Source of the DNA: Thermococcus kodakarensis KOD1
GTDB lineage: Archaea; Methanobacteriota_B; Thermococci; Thermococcales; Thermococcaceae
Assembly (NCBI RefSeq): GCF_000009965.1
Contig: NC_006624.1
Span: 660,001 to 692,000, forward strand
Reading direction: 5' to 3'
Length of the DNA stretch: 32,000 bases
In this document: positions 1 through 9,495 of the stretch, piece by piece
How the letters are laid out: every line of letters begins with the position of its first letter
How positions within the stretch are numbered: the first letter of the stretch is position 1
The notes under the pieces: model-generated
What the model was told of the DNA's origin: nothing
Seen by the model: only the letters and a program-made list of their open reading frames with translations
Databases searched by the model: none
Position numbers and translations under genes: made by a program

Positions 1-162
1 GTCGTCAAAATAGTCGTAAAGCCCACAGGTGGCGCAGAAGGAGCCCTCGAACTCTATTATCACTTCGTCTCCTTCAATCGAGAGAATCCTCGCGTTTGCC
101 TCGCTCCCGTGAAGCCTGTTGAACTCGGCGAGGACTTTCTCTATCTTCTCCCTCACGTCCAT
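1..162 (-). CDS. hypothetical small protein, N-terminal part only (gene runs off the left edge)
   Basis: A reverse-strand ATG at 162-160 opens a frame that stays open to position 1 (MDVREKIEKVLAEFNRLHGSEANARILSIEGDEVIIEFEGSFCATCGLYDYFDD...). It is absent from the ORF track because the window truncates it. It is divergent from lhr, and the 90-nt spacer holds TATA-like boxes at 193-201 and 223-230. Confidence 0.45.
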   Translation of the reverse strand, partial: MDVREKIEKVLAEFNRLHGSEANARILSIEGDEVIIEFEGSFCATCGLYDYFDD

Positions 163-252
163 CTTCTCACCATGTCTGGTTTTGATTCATCACTTAAAAA
201 GTTTGTTAGACTAACCGAATAGTTTAAAAATCTAAGTCCGAGATGGAGAACG

Positions 253-3200
253 ATGAGCGGGATAAGGTGGGCCGAGAGGGAGTACACGGACGAGGAGATT
301 TATTCCATCCTTAGCGAGCCGGTTAGGGAGTGGTTTAAGCGGAAGTTTGGAACATTCACCCCGCCCCAGCGCTACGCCGTCCTTGAAATCCATAAAGGTG
401 AGAACGTTCTCATTTCATCCCCAACGGGTTCTGGAAAGACTCTCTCGGCATTTCTCTCCGCAATAAACGAGCTGATTCTCCTTGGAAAGGAAAGCAAGCT
501 TGAGGATAAGATCTACGTCCTCTACGTCTCACCCCTCCGCGCCCTGAACAATGATATCAAGAGGAACCTGGAGGGTCCGCTGGCGGAGATAAAGGAAGTG
601 GCCAAAGAGCTCGGCTATGAACTGCCTGAGATAAGGGTAGGGATAAGGACGAGCGACACATCGAGCTATGAGAAGAGCAAGATGGTAAAAAAGCCACCTC
701 ACATTCTAATAACAACCCCAGAAAGTCTCGCCATTGCCTTAAACGCTCCCAAATTCAGCGAGAGGCTGAAGACGGTTAAGTACGTCATCATTGACGAGGT
801 TCACGCGCTGGCCGAGAACAAGAGGGGTTCTCACCTCGCGCTGAGCATTGAAAGGCTCCAGGAGATGGCCGAGAACGAGTTTGTGAGAATCGGCTTGAGC
901 GCAACTATTCACCCGCTTGAGGAAGTCGCCAAGTTCGTTTTCGGCTTCAACGACGATGGAACTCCAAGGCCGGGCCTCATAGTGGATGTATCCTTCGCCA
1001 AGCAGACTGAGATAAAAGTTGAAAGTGTTGTGGAAGACCTCATTTACACCGATGCCGGAACGCTCAGCGACGCCCTCTACAACCGCTTGGCGGAACTCAT
1101 AAGGGAGCACAGGACGACGCTCATCTTCACCAACACGAGGAGCGGCGCCGAGAGGGTGGCCTTCAACCTTAAGAAGCGCTTTCCCGAGTTTGAGGGTCTG
1201 ATAGAGGCCCATCACTCTTCCCTGTCGAGAGAGGTTCGCCTGGATGTTGAGGAGAAGCTGAAGAGGGGAGAGCTGAAGGCTGTTGTATGCGTCTCCGGGG
1301 ATTCAAAAATCCTGACTGGGAAGGGGCCCGTCGAAATAGGGCGTTTGAACTCAAACATGATTGCAGGTATTTGGAGATTCCAAACTGAGCTTGTCAGGTT
1401 CGAAGAGCCCCACAGGGTAGAATACAGGAGAGAGGGAGTCAAGATAAGAACGCGGTTGGGATTCGAGATAAAGGCGACAAAGGAGCACAAGTTCCTAACC
1501 GTTGATGAAAATGGAGAGCTGAGATGGGTTGAGGCTTGGAAACTCAAGGAAGGGAACTGGGTTGGGGTCGTGAGGAGACTACCGAGTCCGAACGTAAAGG
1601 TCTCGATCTTGGACTTACTGCCCCCGAACGCATACCTTAAGCTCAAGGGGGAATTTTTGAGGGAGTTAAAGCTTTCAATACAGGCAAAATTCGGCTCAAT
1701 ACGGACCTATGCTAAGAAAAAGAGGTGGAGCGAATCTTACTTAGTAAAACAGCTTAACGGTGTCTATCCATTCCGGTGGGAGCGGCTGAGTGCCGTTTTA
1801 AAAGACCTTGACCTTAGAATGACAGAAAACGATGTTGAGAGGATAACTTCAGATAAAGGAAAATACTCGCTTCCCATTGAGTTCACACCAAGTATGGCAA
1901 GACTACTTGGCTTCTGGATGGCAGACGGCTCGTGGAAGGGGGGCACGCTAACTCTATTCTCGTCTGACAGGAAAATGCTTGAGAAGTACAAAGAACTGTG
2001 CAAAGAAGAATTTGGAGTGGTTGGAAGAATAAGGATGCTGAACGAGAGTACTTACTCCCTGGAAATTTCTTTCAACCTTCTTCCAGCCATCTTTAAGAAT
2101 CTAACAGGAAACACTGAACGGAAGTCAAAGCTTGGAACTTTTCCCAGTATTATCTATTCGCTACCTGAAGAGCATAAGAGGGAGTTCCTGGCCGGCTACT
2201 TTGATGGGGACGGCTTTCTTGAGGTGAAGGGTGGAAGGGTTTATTCCGCTGGATTTTCGACGTTCAATAAGAGATTCGCCGAGGGCATACGGGACATCCT
2301 GCTTCAGTTGGGAATAGTCTCCTCAATAAGGGCCAGAGAATACGACGAAGTTCAAAAGTTTAAGGGAAGGGTAATCCCCAAGAAAGGGGCCTCTTACACA
2401 GTCTCCGTTCTAGGTGGAGAATACCTGAAGAGGTTCTTCGATGCTGTTCGCCCGTGGAGGTCAGATTATGAAGGATGGGAAGGTATGTACAATGAGGGGT
2501 ACTCGAACTCCGATGTCGTACCCAACCTTGGAAAGCGCTTGAGGAGCATACGTGAGAGGCTTGGAATAAGTGCATACCGTATGAGCAAAATGGGCTTCTA
2601 CAACCCCGTAAGGGTTGAACTGGGGGAGAGGGAGATAAGCAGGAGAAACTTGAGGCTCCTTGTAGAATTCTACGAAAGAGTGGCGAAAGAGAAGAGAGTT
2701 GAAGATGTTCTTGAGGAGCTATCTTATTTGAGGGAACTGGCCGAAGGGGATGTGTTCTTTGACAGGATAACCTCGGTTGAGCCCGCCTACATTGATGTTG
2801 CCTACGGCATCATAAACTCTGAAACTGAAAACTACATTGTTGAAGGATTTATCTCGAAAAACAGCTCGACAAGCTTGGAGTTAGGTATTGACATCGGTAC
2901 AATTGATCTCGTCGTTCTCATCGGCTCACCAAAGAGCGTTAACAGGGCCCTGCAGAGAATCGGTAGGGCCGGCCACAGGCTCCACGATGTGAGCAAGGGC
3001 GTTATCCTTGCCCTCGACAGGGACGACCTCGTTGAGGTTACTGTTTTAGCTCACAACGCGAGGAATAGAAGATTAGACAGGGTCAGAATCCCGAAAAACC
3101 CGCTCGACGTTCTCGTCCAGCACATAGTCGGTATGGCCCTCTACAAGGTCTGGGAGGTCGAAGAGGCCTACCGCCTGGTTAGAAGGGCCTATCCCTTCCA

Positions 3201-4425
3201 CGAGCTTCCCTTTGAGGACTTCATGAGCGTCCTGAAGTACCTTTCAGGTGGCTATGAGGGACTTGAAGACAGAAAGGTCTACGCCAAGATATGGCTCGAG
3301 GACGGGAAGTTCGGAAGGCGCGGCAAGATGACGAGGGCTATCTACTACATGAACGTTGGCACTATTCCAGACGAGGCAAAGATAAGGGTTTACACGATGG
3401 ACAAGCAGATGATTGGAACCGTTGAGGAGGAGTTCGCCGAGAGGCTGATGCCAGGGGACATCTTTGTCTTGGCTGGAAGAACCTACGAGTTCATCAAGAG
3501 CAGGGGAAACAAGATATACGTCGTCCCGCGCGAGGGGGCGAAGCCCACCATCCCAGCCTGGTTCTCCGAGATGCTCCCGCTGAGCTTTGATTTAGCCCTC
3601 GACGTTCAGCGCTTCAGGAGGGAAGTGAAGGAGCTGTTGAACAAAAAACGGGCCAAGTCCCTTCTCATGAGGAAGTACGGAATAGACGAGAGGGCAGCCA
3701 AGGCCATAATAGCCTACTTCCGCGAGCAGGAGAGGTATTCAACAGTCCCCGACGACGAGACGGTTCTCGTTGAGGAGGTCGAGAAGGAGAACACTTACGA
3801 GTACTTCTTCCACACGCTGATAGGAAGACGGGCCAACGACGCCCTCAGCAGGGCCTTCGCCTACGCCGTCGGAAGGCGGAAGGGGGTAAACGTCGGCATA
3901 GCCCTCAACGACAACGGCTTCCTCCTTAGAGTTCCGAAAGAAGCCAGGCTGAGCGAGGCTGAAATCAGGGAACTCTTCCAGCTGGAAGACCTGAGGGAGA
4001 TTCTCAAGAGGGCTCTCGACAACACGGAGCTTTTGAAGAGGCGCTTCAGGCACGTGGCGAACAGGGGCTTCCTGATCTTGAGGAGGTATGTGGGGGGGAG
4101 CAAGCGCCTCGGCAGACAGCAGGTCATAGCGGTTTCGCTCCTCAAAGTCCTCAAGGAGCACTACCCTGACTTCCCGCTCCTGAAGGAGGTTTACAGGGAG
4201 ATCATGGAGGACAAGATGGACGTTGAGAACGCCGAACTGTTCCTGAGCTGGGTGCGGGAGGGGAAGATCAAGGTCGTCTTCGAGAGGAACGAGCTTCCGA
4301 GTCCGTTCGCCTTCAACCTCGAGGCGATAGGTTCGAGCGATGTCGTTCTGATGGAGGACAGGAGGGAGATGATAAAGGCCCTCTACCGGAAGATAATGGC
4401 CCTAATAGGGGAGAACGCCACCTGA
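253..4425 (+). CDS. lhr: Lhr-type SF2 (DEAD/DEAH-box) helicase, interrupted by an intein
   Basis: 1390-aa ORF. Motif I is SPTGSGKT, motif II is IIDEVHAL, and SAT is present. Motif V ([16 protein letters not shown]) is split by a 525-aa insert. Motif VI is QRIGRAGHR, and a long Lhr-like C-terminal region follows. Removing the insert leaves 865 aa, a typical Lhr-core size. Confidence 0.93.
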   Translation: MSGIRWAEREYTDEEIYSILSEPVREWFKRKFGTFTPPQRYAVLEIHKGENVLISSPTGSGKTLSAFLSAINELILLGKESKLEDKIYVLYVSPLRALNNDIKRNLEGPLAEIKEVAKELGYELPEIRVGIRTSDTSSYEKSKMVKKPPHILITTPESLAIALNAPKFSERLKTVKYVIIDEVHALAENKRGSHLALSIERLQEMAENEFVRIGLSATIHPLEEVAKFVFGFNDDGTPRPGLIVDVSFAKQTEIKVESVVEDLIYTDAGTLSDALYNRLAELIREHRTTLIFTNTRSGAERVAFNLKKRFPEFEGLIEAHHSSLSREVRLDVEEKLKRGELKAVVCVSGDSKILTGKGPVEIGRLNSNMIAGIWRFQTELVRFEEPHRVEYRREGVKIRTRLGFEIKATKEHKFLTVDENGELRWVEAWKLKEGNWVGVVRRLPSPNVKVSILDLLPPNAYLKLKGEFLRELKLSIQAKFGSIRTYAKKKRWSESYLVKQLNGVYPFRWERLSAVLKDLDLRMTENDVERITSDKGKYSLPIEFTPSMARLLGFWMADGSWKGGTLTLFSSDRKMLEKYKELCKEEFGVVGRIRMLNESTYSLEISFNLLPAIFKNLTGNTERKSKLGTFPSIIYSLPEEHKREFLAGYFDGDGFLEVKGGRVYSAGFSTFNKRFAEGIRDILLQLGIVSSIRAREYDEVQKFKGRVIPKKGASYTVSVLGGEYLKRFFDAVRPWRSDYEGWEGMYNEGYSNSDVVPNLGKRLRSIRERLGISAYRMSKMGFYNPVRVELGEREISRRNLRLLVEFYERVAKEKRVEDVLEELSYLRELAEGDVFFDRITSVEPAYIDVAYGIINSETENYIVEGFISKNSSTSLELGIDIGTIDLVVLIGSPKSVNRALQRIGRAGHRLHDVSKGVILALDRDDLVEVTVLAHNARNRRLDRVRIPKNPLDVLVQHIVGMALYKVWEVEEAYRLVRRAYPFHELPFEDFMSVLKYLSGGYEGLEDRKVYAKIWLEDGKFGRRGKMTRAIYYMNVGTIPDEAKIRVYTMDKQMIGTVEEEFAERLMPGDIFVLAGRTYEFIKSRGNKIYVVPREGAKPTIPAWFSEMLPLSFDLALDVQRFRREVKELLNKKRAKSLLMRKYGIDERAAKAIIAYFREQERYSTVPDDETVLVEEVEKENTYEYFFHTLIGRRANDALSRAFAYAVGRRKGVNVGIALNDNGFLLRVPKEARLSEAEIRELFQLEDLREILKRALDNTELLKRRFRHVANRGFLILRRYVGGSKRLGRQQVIAVSLLKVLKEHYPDFPLLKEVYREIMEDKMDVENAELFLSWVREGKIKVVFERNELPSPFAFNLEAIGSSDVVLMEDRREMIKALYRKIMALIGENAT
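1288..2862 (+). mobile_element. intein (525 aa) with a LAGLIDADG homing-endonuclease domain, inserted in helicase motif V
   Basis: It starts with Cys (CVSGDSKIL) at codon 346 and has block B TxxH (ATKEHKF). Two LAGLIDADG motifs are present: [11 protein letters not shown] (about 1903-1935) and [12 protein letters not shown] (about 2185-2220). It ends ...EGFISKN, followed by the +1 Ser of [12 protein letters not shown]. Excision restores [15 protein letters not shown], the same length as the bacterial Lhr motif AVVATSSLELGID. Confidence 0.9.
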
Positions 4426-4431
4426 TTTGGC

Positions 4432-4438
4432 TTTTTTT
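4432..4438 (+). terminator. oligo-T tract (T7) immediately after the lhr stop
   Basis: A run of seven T lies 7 nt after the TGA at 4423-4425. Archaeal RNA polymerase terminates at oligo-T tracts. Confidence 0.4.
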
Positions 4439-4525
4439 AGCCTTTCAAAACGCTTAAGACGGTCCAATGATTTTTCTGACTTTATTTGCTTTGCCGGTGT
4501 AAAAATGTGTTCCTGGTTACACCAC

Positions 4526-4562
4526 TTTTCACCGCCGGTGAAAACAAGCCTTAAGTATTTTA
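4526..4562 (+). promoter_or_regulatory. TGM-like palindrome (Tgr/TrmBL1-type site) followed by the gap TATA box
   Basis: TTTTCACCG-C-CGGTGAAAA is a perfect 9-bp inverted repeat at 4526-4544. Its core TTCAC-N5-GTGAA fits the Thermococcales glycolytic motif TATCAC-N5-GTGATA. The A/T-rich box TTAAGTATTTTA at 4551-4562 lies about 27-38 nt upstream of the gap ATG at 4589. Confidence 0.6.
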
Positions 4563-4588
4563 CAGTCATAAAATTGTCGGGTGGTAGC

Positions 4589-5593
4589 ATGAAGGTGAAA
4601 GTCGGGATAAACGGTTACGGGACAATCGGGAAGAGGGTTGCTTACGCCGTTTCCAAGCAGGACGACATGGAGCTCATCGGCGTAACCAAGACGAAGCCCG
4701 ACTTCGAGGCCTATCTAGCAAGGGAAAGGGGCATTCCTGTCTATGCCGCGAGCGAGGAGTTCCTCCCGCGCTTTGAGAAGGCCGGTTTTGAGGTTGCAGG
4801 AACGCTCAGCGACCTTCTGGAGAATGTTGACGTAATCGTTGATGCCACACCGGGTGGAATGGGTGCAAAGAACAAGGCCCTCTACGAGAAGGCAGGCGTT
4901 AAGGCGATCTTCCAGGGCGGTGAGAAGGCAGAGGTTGCTCAGGTATCATTCGTGGCCCAAGCCAACTACGAGAAGGCCCTCGGAAAGGACTACGTCAGGG
5001 TCGTCTCCTGCAACACGACTGGATTGACGAGGACGCTCTCAGCCCTTCAGGAGTACATCGACTACGTCTACGCCGTCATGATACGCCGCGCAGCTGACCC
5101 AAACGACTCGAAAAGAGGCCCAGTCAACGCAATAACTCCGAGTGTAACCGTCCCATCTCACCACGGGCCTGACGTCCAGACGGTTATTCCGATAAACATC
5201 GAGACGATGGCCTTCGTCGTGCCCACTACCCTCATGCACGTCCACAGCGTCATGATTGAACTCAAGAAGCCGATAACGAGGGAAGATGTGATAGATATCT
5301 TTGAGAACACCACCAGAGTTCTCCTCTTTGAGAAGGAGAGGGGCTTTGAGAGCACGGCCCAGCTCATAGAGTTCGCAAGGGATCTCCACCGCGAGTGGAA
5401 CAACCTCTACGAGATAGCAGTCTGGAAGGAGAGCATAAGCGTGAAGGGCAACAGGCTCTTCTACATCCAGGCCGTTCACCAGGAGAGCGACGTCGTGCCA
5501 GAGAACGTGGATGCCATAAGGGCCATGTTCGAGATGGCGGACAAGTGGGAGAGCATAAGGAAGACGAACAAGAGCCTTGGAATTCTGAAGTGA
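4589..5593 (+). CDS. gap: glyceraldehyde-3-phosphate dehydrogenase, archaeal type II
   Basis: [21 protein letters not shown]... carries the Rossmann GxGxxG motif, and the catalytic region is [14 protein letters not shown] lies just upstream of the ATG at 4589. The track's 54-codon N-terminal extension from 4427 is noncoding-looking and contains the promoter. Confidence 0.93.
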   Translation: MKVKVGINGYGTIGKRVAYAVSKQDDMELIGVTKTKPDFEAYLARERGIPVYAASEEFLPRFEKAGFEVAGTLSDLLENVDVIVDATPGGMGAKNKALYEKAGVKAIFQGGEKAEVAQVSFVAQANYEKALGKDYVRVVSCNTTGLTRTLSALQEYIDYVYAVMIRRAADPNDSKRGPVNAITPSVTVPSHHGPDVQTVIPINIETMAFVVPTTLMHVHSVMIELKKPITREDVIDIFENTTRVLLFEKERGFESTAQLIEFARDLHREWNNLYEIAVWKESISVKGNRLFYIQAVHQESDVVPENVDAIRAMFEMADKWESIRKTNKSLGILK

Positions 5594-5633
5594 TTTCAGA
5601 AACGTCTTTAAACCTGCCCCCAATTTATTTTTG

Positions 5634-6002
5634 ATGGAAATGGAAGCCGAAGAGTACCTTCTCCTGCTCGGGCTGGCACTGGCAGTTCTTGCCCTTATTT
5701 ATCCCGGGCAGACGTTAAGCGGGGAATTCTGCGAGGGATCTCACGAAAAGCTTGGGGACTACTACGTCAGCGTCTCGGGCGGTTTCCTGCGGGTATCGGC
5801 CGTGAGCGGGGATGTATTCATCGCCCACGGCCAGAACGTTATTCTGAGGAGGGCACCGATTGAGTACTCGTATCTACCGGACAGCAGGTGCTACACAGTC
5901 AAAATCAGGTACAAGGGAGGGACTTCCCTCTACGCTTTCGCCGGCGGGATTGCCCTTGCTGGCGGGGCCTTCTTTTACATGGCCTTTCTGAAGTACCGCT
6001 GA
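5634..6002 (+). CDS. hypothetical membrane protein (hydrophobic segments at both the N and C termini)
   Basis: The ORF has hydrophobic stretches LLLLGLALAVLALIY and GGIALAGGAFFYMAF. The first ATG is at 5634; the track's 5631 is a TTG. I recognise no family. Confidence 0.5.
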   Translation: MEMEAEEYLLLLGLALAVLALIYPGQTLSGEFCEGSHEKLGDYYVSVSGGFLRVSAVSGDVFIAHGQNVILRRAPIEYSYLPDSRCYTVKIRYKGGTSLYAFAGGIALAGGAFFYMAFLKYR

Positions 6003-6105
6003 GTCTATCTTTCTTTAAAAAAGGTCTTCATATCAACAAAACTACCCAGCAAAAGAAATAAGAAATGGATAAATACCACCGAGGCCAACATGAGATGGTG
6101 GTGAC

Positions 6106-6342
6106 ATGTCAGTATCAAATACGCCAGAAGAATGGGCGTCAGCATTCCCTTCAAGGCGTGATCTAAAAGAGAGGCTCGAGTTCATCCGCCTCTATGTCTT
6201 CAGGCTCAAGCAGAACCCGGACGAGGTTTTCAGAGAGCAGGTTAAGCTCATCAACTCCCTCCTCAAGTCGTCGAAGAGCTTTCCGCTATCAAGAGAGAAG
6301 TACCTCCGCCTTAAGGGGGAGCTGAGGGTCAAGAAAGGCTAA
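6106..6342 (+). CDS. hypothetical small protein (78 aa)
   Basis: The ATG is preceded by GGTGGTGA at 6097-6104, and the composition is protein-like and charged/helical. I recognise no family. Confidence 0.55.
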   Translation: MSVSNTPEEWASAFPSRRDLKERLEFIRLYVFRLKQNPDEVFREQVKLINSLLKSSKSFPLSREKYLRLKGELRVKKG

Positions 6343-6623
6343 ACCCCCAGCTTCTTCCTAACTTCCTCAACGCTCAACCCCTTAACCAGCAAATCCTTCT
6401 CCCTGCTCGTCTCTCCCCTGACTATGTTGACTTCCGCTCCGAGGAGTTTCGAGAAGAACTTCACGACTTCCTTGTTGGCCTTGCCCTCAACTGGCGGAGC
6501 CGCTATCCTGACCTTCAGCCTTCCGCGCCACCCGTCTACCCCTTCAATCGCGTTCTTCTTTGCCTTTGGCTGGACGTAAATCATTATCAGGACTCCCTCT
6601 TTAGTCTCCTTGATGAACTTCAT
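6339..6623 (-). CDS. DUF167 / UPF0235 (YggU-like) family protein
   Basis: 94 aa. The pattern ...VQPKAKKNAIEGVDGWRGRLKVRIAAPPVEGKANKEVVKFFSKLLG...VNIVRGETSREK... is characteristic of the DUF167 family. Confidence 0.85.
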   Translation of the reverse strand: MKFIKETKEGVLIMIYVQPKAKKNAIEGVDGWRGRLKVRIAAPPVEGKANKEVVKFFSKLLGAEVNIVRGETSREKDLLVKGLSVEEVRKKLGV

Positions 6624-6624
6624 A

Positions 6625-7131
6625 TCAATCCCTCCACTCGTACTTCCAGACTATTTCCTGCGGGAATTCACCCCGCTTAAGCTTTTCGAGTATCTCATTT
6701 GCCACCGAATATGCAAAATCGAAAGTTTTCTTGTCTATCAGCCTGTAGTTCAGCGCCATCTCAAGCTCATCCTCGTCGAGGAGAAAAGCTTCCCCGCTCG
6801 GGAAGACGAAGATATCTAAGAACAGGTCGAGCATCTCTATCGTGTCTCCATAACGCTTTGTATAAGCCAGAACATCAACGTAAAGCCCCTTGAAGTATCC
6901 TTTCTCATCGTAAACTTTGAGGATGTCGTAGTTTCTCCCGATGAATGCAAAGTACACCATCTTATAGCCGTTGTCTACGACCTTAACGCCGTTTACGAAG
7001 AGGGGCGCCAGCATGCCTGAGAACTCCGATTTTGCAACGACTACGTCCCCAATGTCAGCGAGAACTTCGTCTTCTCTCTCAAGCACTCTGTTTGGAATGC
7101 GTTTGTAGATGAGGTGGATTTTTGAACTCAT
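6625..7131 (-). CDS. DUF402-family protein (FomD/Ntdp-like nucleoside di/triphosphatase fold)
   Basis: YVDVLAY...MLDLFLDIFVFPSGEAFLLDEDELEMAL matches the DUF402 acidic motif pattern. I prefer the ATG at 7131 (MSSKIHLIYKR) because the A/T box TTTTAATTATTTT lies just upstream of it. The track start at 7176 would place that box inside the gene. Confidence 0.7.
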   Translation of the reverse strand: MSSKIHLIYKRIPNRVLEREDEVLADIGDVVVAKSEFSGMLAPLFVNGVKVVDNGYKMVYFAFIGRNYDILKVYDEKGYFKGLYVDVLAYTKRYGDTIEMLDLFLDIFVFPSGEAFLLDEDELEMALNYRLIDKKTFDFAYSVANEILEKLKRGEFPQEIVWKYEWRD

Positions 7132-7224
7132 GTTTAAAGGAGGATTCAAAATAATTAAAACGATTTTTGTTCCCATGCAATAAATTTTGACTTGTCCCTC
7201 CAGAGGTACCCCCTCAAAAAAGGG

Positions 7225-7722
7225 CTATGGGGAAGTCCCCTCAAGTTCCCTTTCTATCGTTGATATTTCCTCATCGAGGACGTCTCTGATCCTCTTCAGG
7301 AGCTCTAAGTACTCCATGATCGTTTCCCTGCGCATCTGCCTAGTCTTTCCAATCTCTTCAAGCTTTTTCTTCAGGGCTTCATGGTACTCAACGGCCGTGT
7401 AGAGTATCCTGAGGGTGAGGTTGTTGGAGGTCTTGAGGTACTCCCATCCTTTATCGGTGAGCCTGTACTTAACGCGCCTCACCCTACCCCTGTACTCCTC
7501 CCTCGGTTCTAGAAGGCCTTCCTCAACCATCTTGTTCAGGATCGTGTAGAGGTTGCTGTGGCTGGGCTTCCAGAGGCCTATTGCGAGCTTTTCGAGCTCC
7601 TTTAGGATTTCATAGCCGTGGGCTTCTCCCTTAAGGCCGACGATGACCAAGATGATGTCCTTCAGCGGCACCGTGAATAGACTCTTTATTATCCTCCTCT
7701 CAACGTCGGTCTTTCTCTCCAT
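7225..7722 (-). CDS. PadR-family transcriptional regulator
   Basis: The winged-helix pattern is AHGYEILKELEKLAIGLWKPSHSNLYTILNKMVEEGLLEPREE...RVKYRLTDKGWEYL, followed by a C-terminal coiled helix. The ATG at 7722 is preceded by GGTGA; the track's start at 7731 is a GTG. Confidence 0.88.
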   Translation of the reverse strand: MERKTDVERRIIKSLFTVPLKDIILVIVGLKGEAHGYEILKELEKLAIGLWKPSHSNLYTILNKMVEEGLLEPREEYRGRVRRVKYRLTDKGWEYLKTSNNLTLRILYTAVEYHEALKKKLEEIGKTRQMRRETIMEYLELLKRIRDVLDEEISTIERELEGTSP

Positions 7723-7758
7723 TGGTATCACCGTTGCCCAAATATTTGACCAAAACCC

Positions 7759-7815
7759 TTATAAATGCTTCTCCTGACGACATGTCGAAATTTAACATGT
7801 TTGAAAACTTCATGT
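7759..7815. promoter_or_regulatory. divergent padR/MMPL promoter region with three ACATGT-type boxes (candidate PadR operator)
   Basis: The TATA-like box TTATAAAT is at 7759-7766. ACATGT occurs at 7780-7785 and 7795-7800, and a third box (T)CATGT at 7811-7815, spaced 15-16 nt apart. ATGT-N9-ACAT (7782-7798) resembles the ATGT-N8-ACAT operators of PadR regulators. Confidence 0.4.
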
Positions 7816-7830
7816 TGATAAGCGTCATGG

Positions 7831-9495
7831 ATGGTGGTGGAAATGGCCTGGAACGACTGGATTGTGAAGCACGCGAAGGCGCTCGTTGTGCTCTGGATCC
7901 TGGTGGTGATCCTCACGGCACCATTTGCAGCAAAGCTGAGCGACCTCACAAACTACAGCACCGACCAGTTCCTGCCGAAGGACGTTGAGTCGGTCAAGAC
8001 CATGGACACACTGGAGAAGGAGTTCCCGAGCTTCACCACGAGTGAGAACCAGACTTACATGATCATACACGGAATCGACGTTAACGACCCAAAAACGAGG
8101 GATGCCTACGAGAGGTTTAAGGTTGAGGCCAAGCCCTACGGCGACAACTTCACCTCGTACTACGATGCGCTCGATATTCTCCAGAATGAATCTTACAATA
8201 TAACTCTGAACATAACAAAGACAGCCGCTAACTTGAGCGGAATACTCTACGATTCTGCCGTAAACGGGAGCGACACATACAGGATGCTCCTCCTCGGTAT
8301 TGAAAACTTGACAAACCAAGTGAGGCTCCTTAACGAGACCCTCCCAGAGCTGGCCGATGCCTATCTCAAGCTTGAGACCAACCTGACTATCCTGTACAAC
8401 CAAACTCTCGAGCTCAAGGGAGCGCTCAATGAAACTGATATGGCTTACGTTCAGCTCCACCAGAATTTGACCAAAGCCAGCACACAGCTGAAGGAGCTGA
8501 ACTCAACCATAGCCATGCTGAACATTAAGCTTTACAACCTCAGCGAGTCTTATGCTAAGGCCTACCTTGGGGCCATGGGAGTTTATGAAGCCCTGTCAGC
8601 CAAGACGAACGCATATCAGACCTGCAACCTCGACCCACAGACGGCTCAGGCCGTTGCCGCTCAGCTCGGCGTTCCCGTTGAGTTCGTCTATGCGGTCTTC
8701 AACGCGACGTATTCCGCTTATCACACCTACGGACCGAGCGCAATAACGGATGAACTCCTAGCCAACGTTACAGGCGGGATAATTTCAAATACCCTCACCT
8801 ATTCGCTTGAGAAGAGCCTCGTTAAGGCGTACTCCTACGCCTTCTATTCCGGAGTCATTGCCTTTGACAGGACACACGGAAGCAACTACACTCTATTGGA
8901 AAGTGGTGAGAACGCTGAAGCTGCAGTCATTGAGATAGCTGAAAACGCCCTTCAGGGCACTCCAGAGGTCGTTGCAAGGGCCGGCGGAACCTACGCCGTC
9001 CCTGGATTCGGAGAGGTTTCCGCAAAGGTGCTGGCAAAGGTTCTTAACGTTGCAGTAGGACTGGGAAGAAACCCGACAGCGGGGGCCGTTGAAGATGCCA
9101 CAGTTGAGGTTGCTAAGGCCATCCTGGATGGAAGTCCTCTGCTATCGCTCCCTAACGCCGACTACGTCCTAAAAACCCTCCTCGTGAGTGGCCCGACGAA
9201 GGAACTTGAGGAGAGCATCCTCGCCAATGCGCTGGCCGAAAAGCTCTCTGAAGACCAGAGGAAGATGGCCGAGCCGGTAGCTAAAACAGTCACAACCTTC
9301 GACCCAATGGCTGAGGGAGTACTCTCCCAGAACTCCAGCGCCCTGAAAGAGGCAACCGTTTCCCTCCTAAGCGAGATATTGAGGGAGAAGGGTGTTGAAC
9401 TTCCGAATGACGTTCTGGCAAAGGTCTACGACTCAAACGGCAACGTCGGGCCTATAGCCAAAGAGATACTCGTCAAAGAGACCGCAAGGCAGTGA
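7831..9495 (+). CDS. MMPL/RND-superfamily exporter, 5' fragment (TM1 plus a giant extracellular loop), ending at an in-frame TGA
   Basis: It has an N-terminal TM (AKALVVLWILVVILTAPFAAKL) followed by about 500 aa of soluble, helical sequence rich in N-x-S/T. It contains no further TM segments. The frame continues open beyond the TGA at 9493-9495 into the next ORF. Confidence 0.8.
   Translation: MVVEMAWNDWIVKHAKALVVLWILVVILTAPFAAKLSDLTNYSTDQFLPKDVESVKTMDTLEKEFPSFTTSENQTYMIIHGIDVNDPKTRDAYERFKVEAKPYGDNFTSYYDALDILQNESYNITLNITKTAANLSGILYDSAVNGSDTYRMLLLGIENLTNQVRLLNETLPELADAYLKLETNLTILYNQTLELKGALNETDMAYVQLHQNLTKASTQLKELNSTIAMLNIKLYNLSESYAKAYLGAMGVYEALSAKTNAYQTCNLDPQTAQAVAAQLGVPVEFVYAVFNATYSAYHTYGPSAITDELLANVTGGIISNTLTYSLEKSLVKAYSYAFYSGVIAFDRTHGSNYTLLESGENAEAAVIEIAENALQGTPEVVARAGGTYAVPGFGEVSAKVLAKVLNVAVGLGRNPTAGAVEDATVEVAKAILDGSPLLSLPNADYVLKTLLVSGPTKELEESILANALAEKLSEDQRKMAEPVAKTVTTFDPMAEGVLSQNSSALKEATVSLLSEILREKGVELPNDVLAKVYDSNGNVGPIAKEILVKETARQ

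Noticed and set aside
739-4161. Multiple 60-160-aa minus-strand ORFs inside lhr (739-1215, 1212-1646, 3739-4161 and others)
   Set aside because: All are antisense to a helicase/intein gene with clear motifs. Their sequences are low-complexity (S/P/R/L-rich) and none has a promoter or RBS.
4427-4588. A 54-codon N-terminal extension of gap, as drawn in the ORF track
   Set aside because: The extension covers the lhr terminator T-tract, the TGM palindrome and the TATA box. The GAPDH Rossmann fold begins at [11 protein letters not shown], with a GGTGG just upstream.
7825-8460. A 211-aa minus-strand ORF overlapping the 5' end of the MMPL gene, and similar antisense ORFs at 18135-18752 (+) and 18625-19074 (+) over the Toprim gene
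   Set aside because: These are shadow frames of recognisable genes on the opposite strand, and their composition is not protein-like.
9493-9495. Selenocysteine (or another recoded residue) at the in-frame TGA codons at 9493 and 19929
   Set aside because: Sec decoding in archaea is known from Methanococcales/Methanopyrales-type lineages, not Thermococcales. Neither protein family is a known selenoprotein, I see no obvious SECIS-like element, and TGA is the ordinary terminator of most genes in this window.
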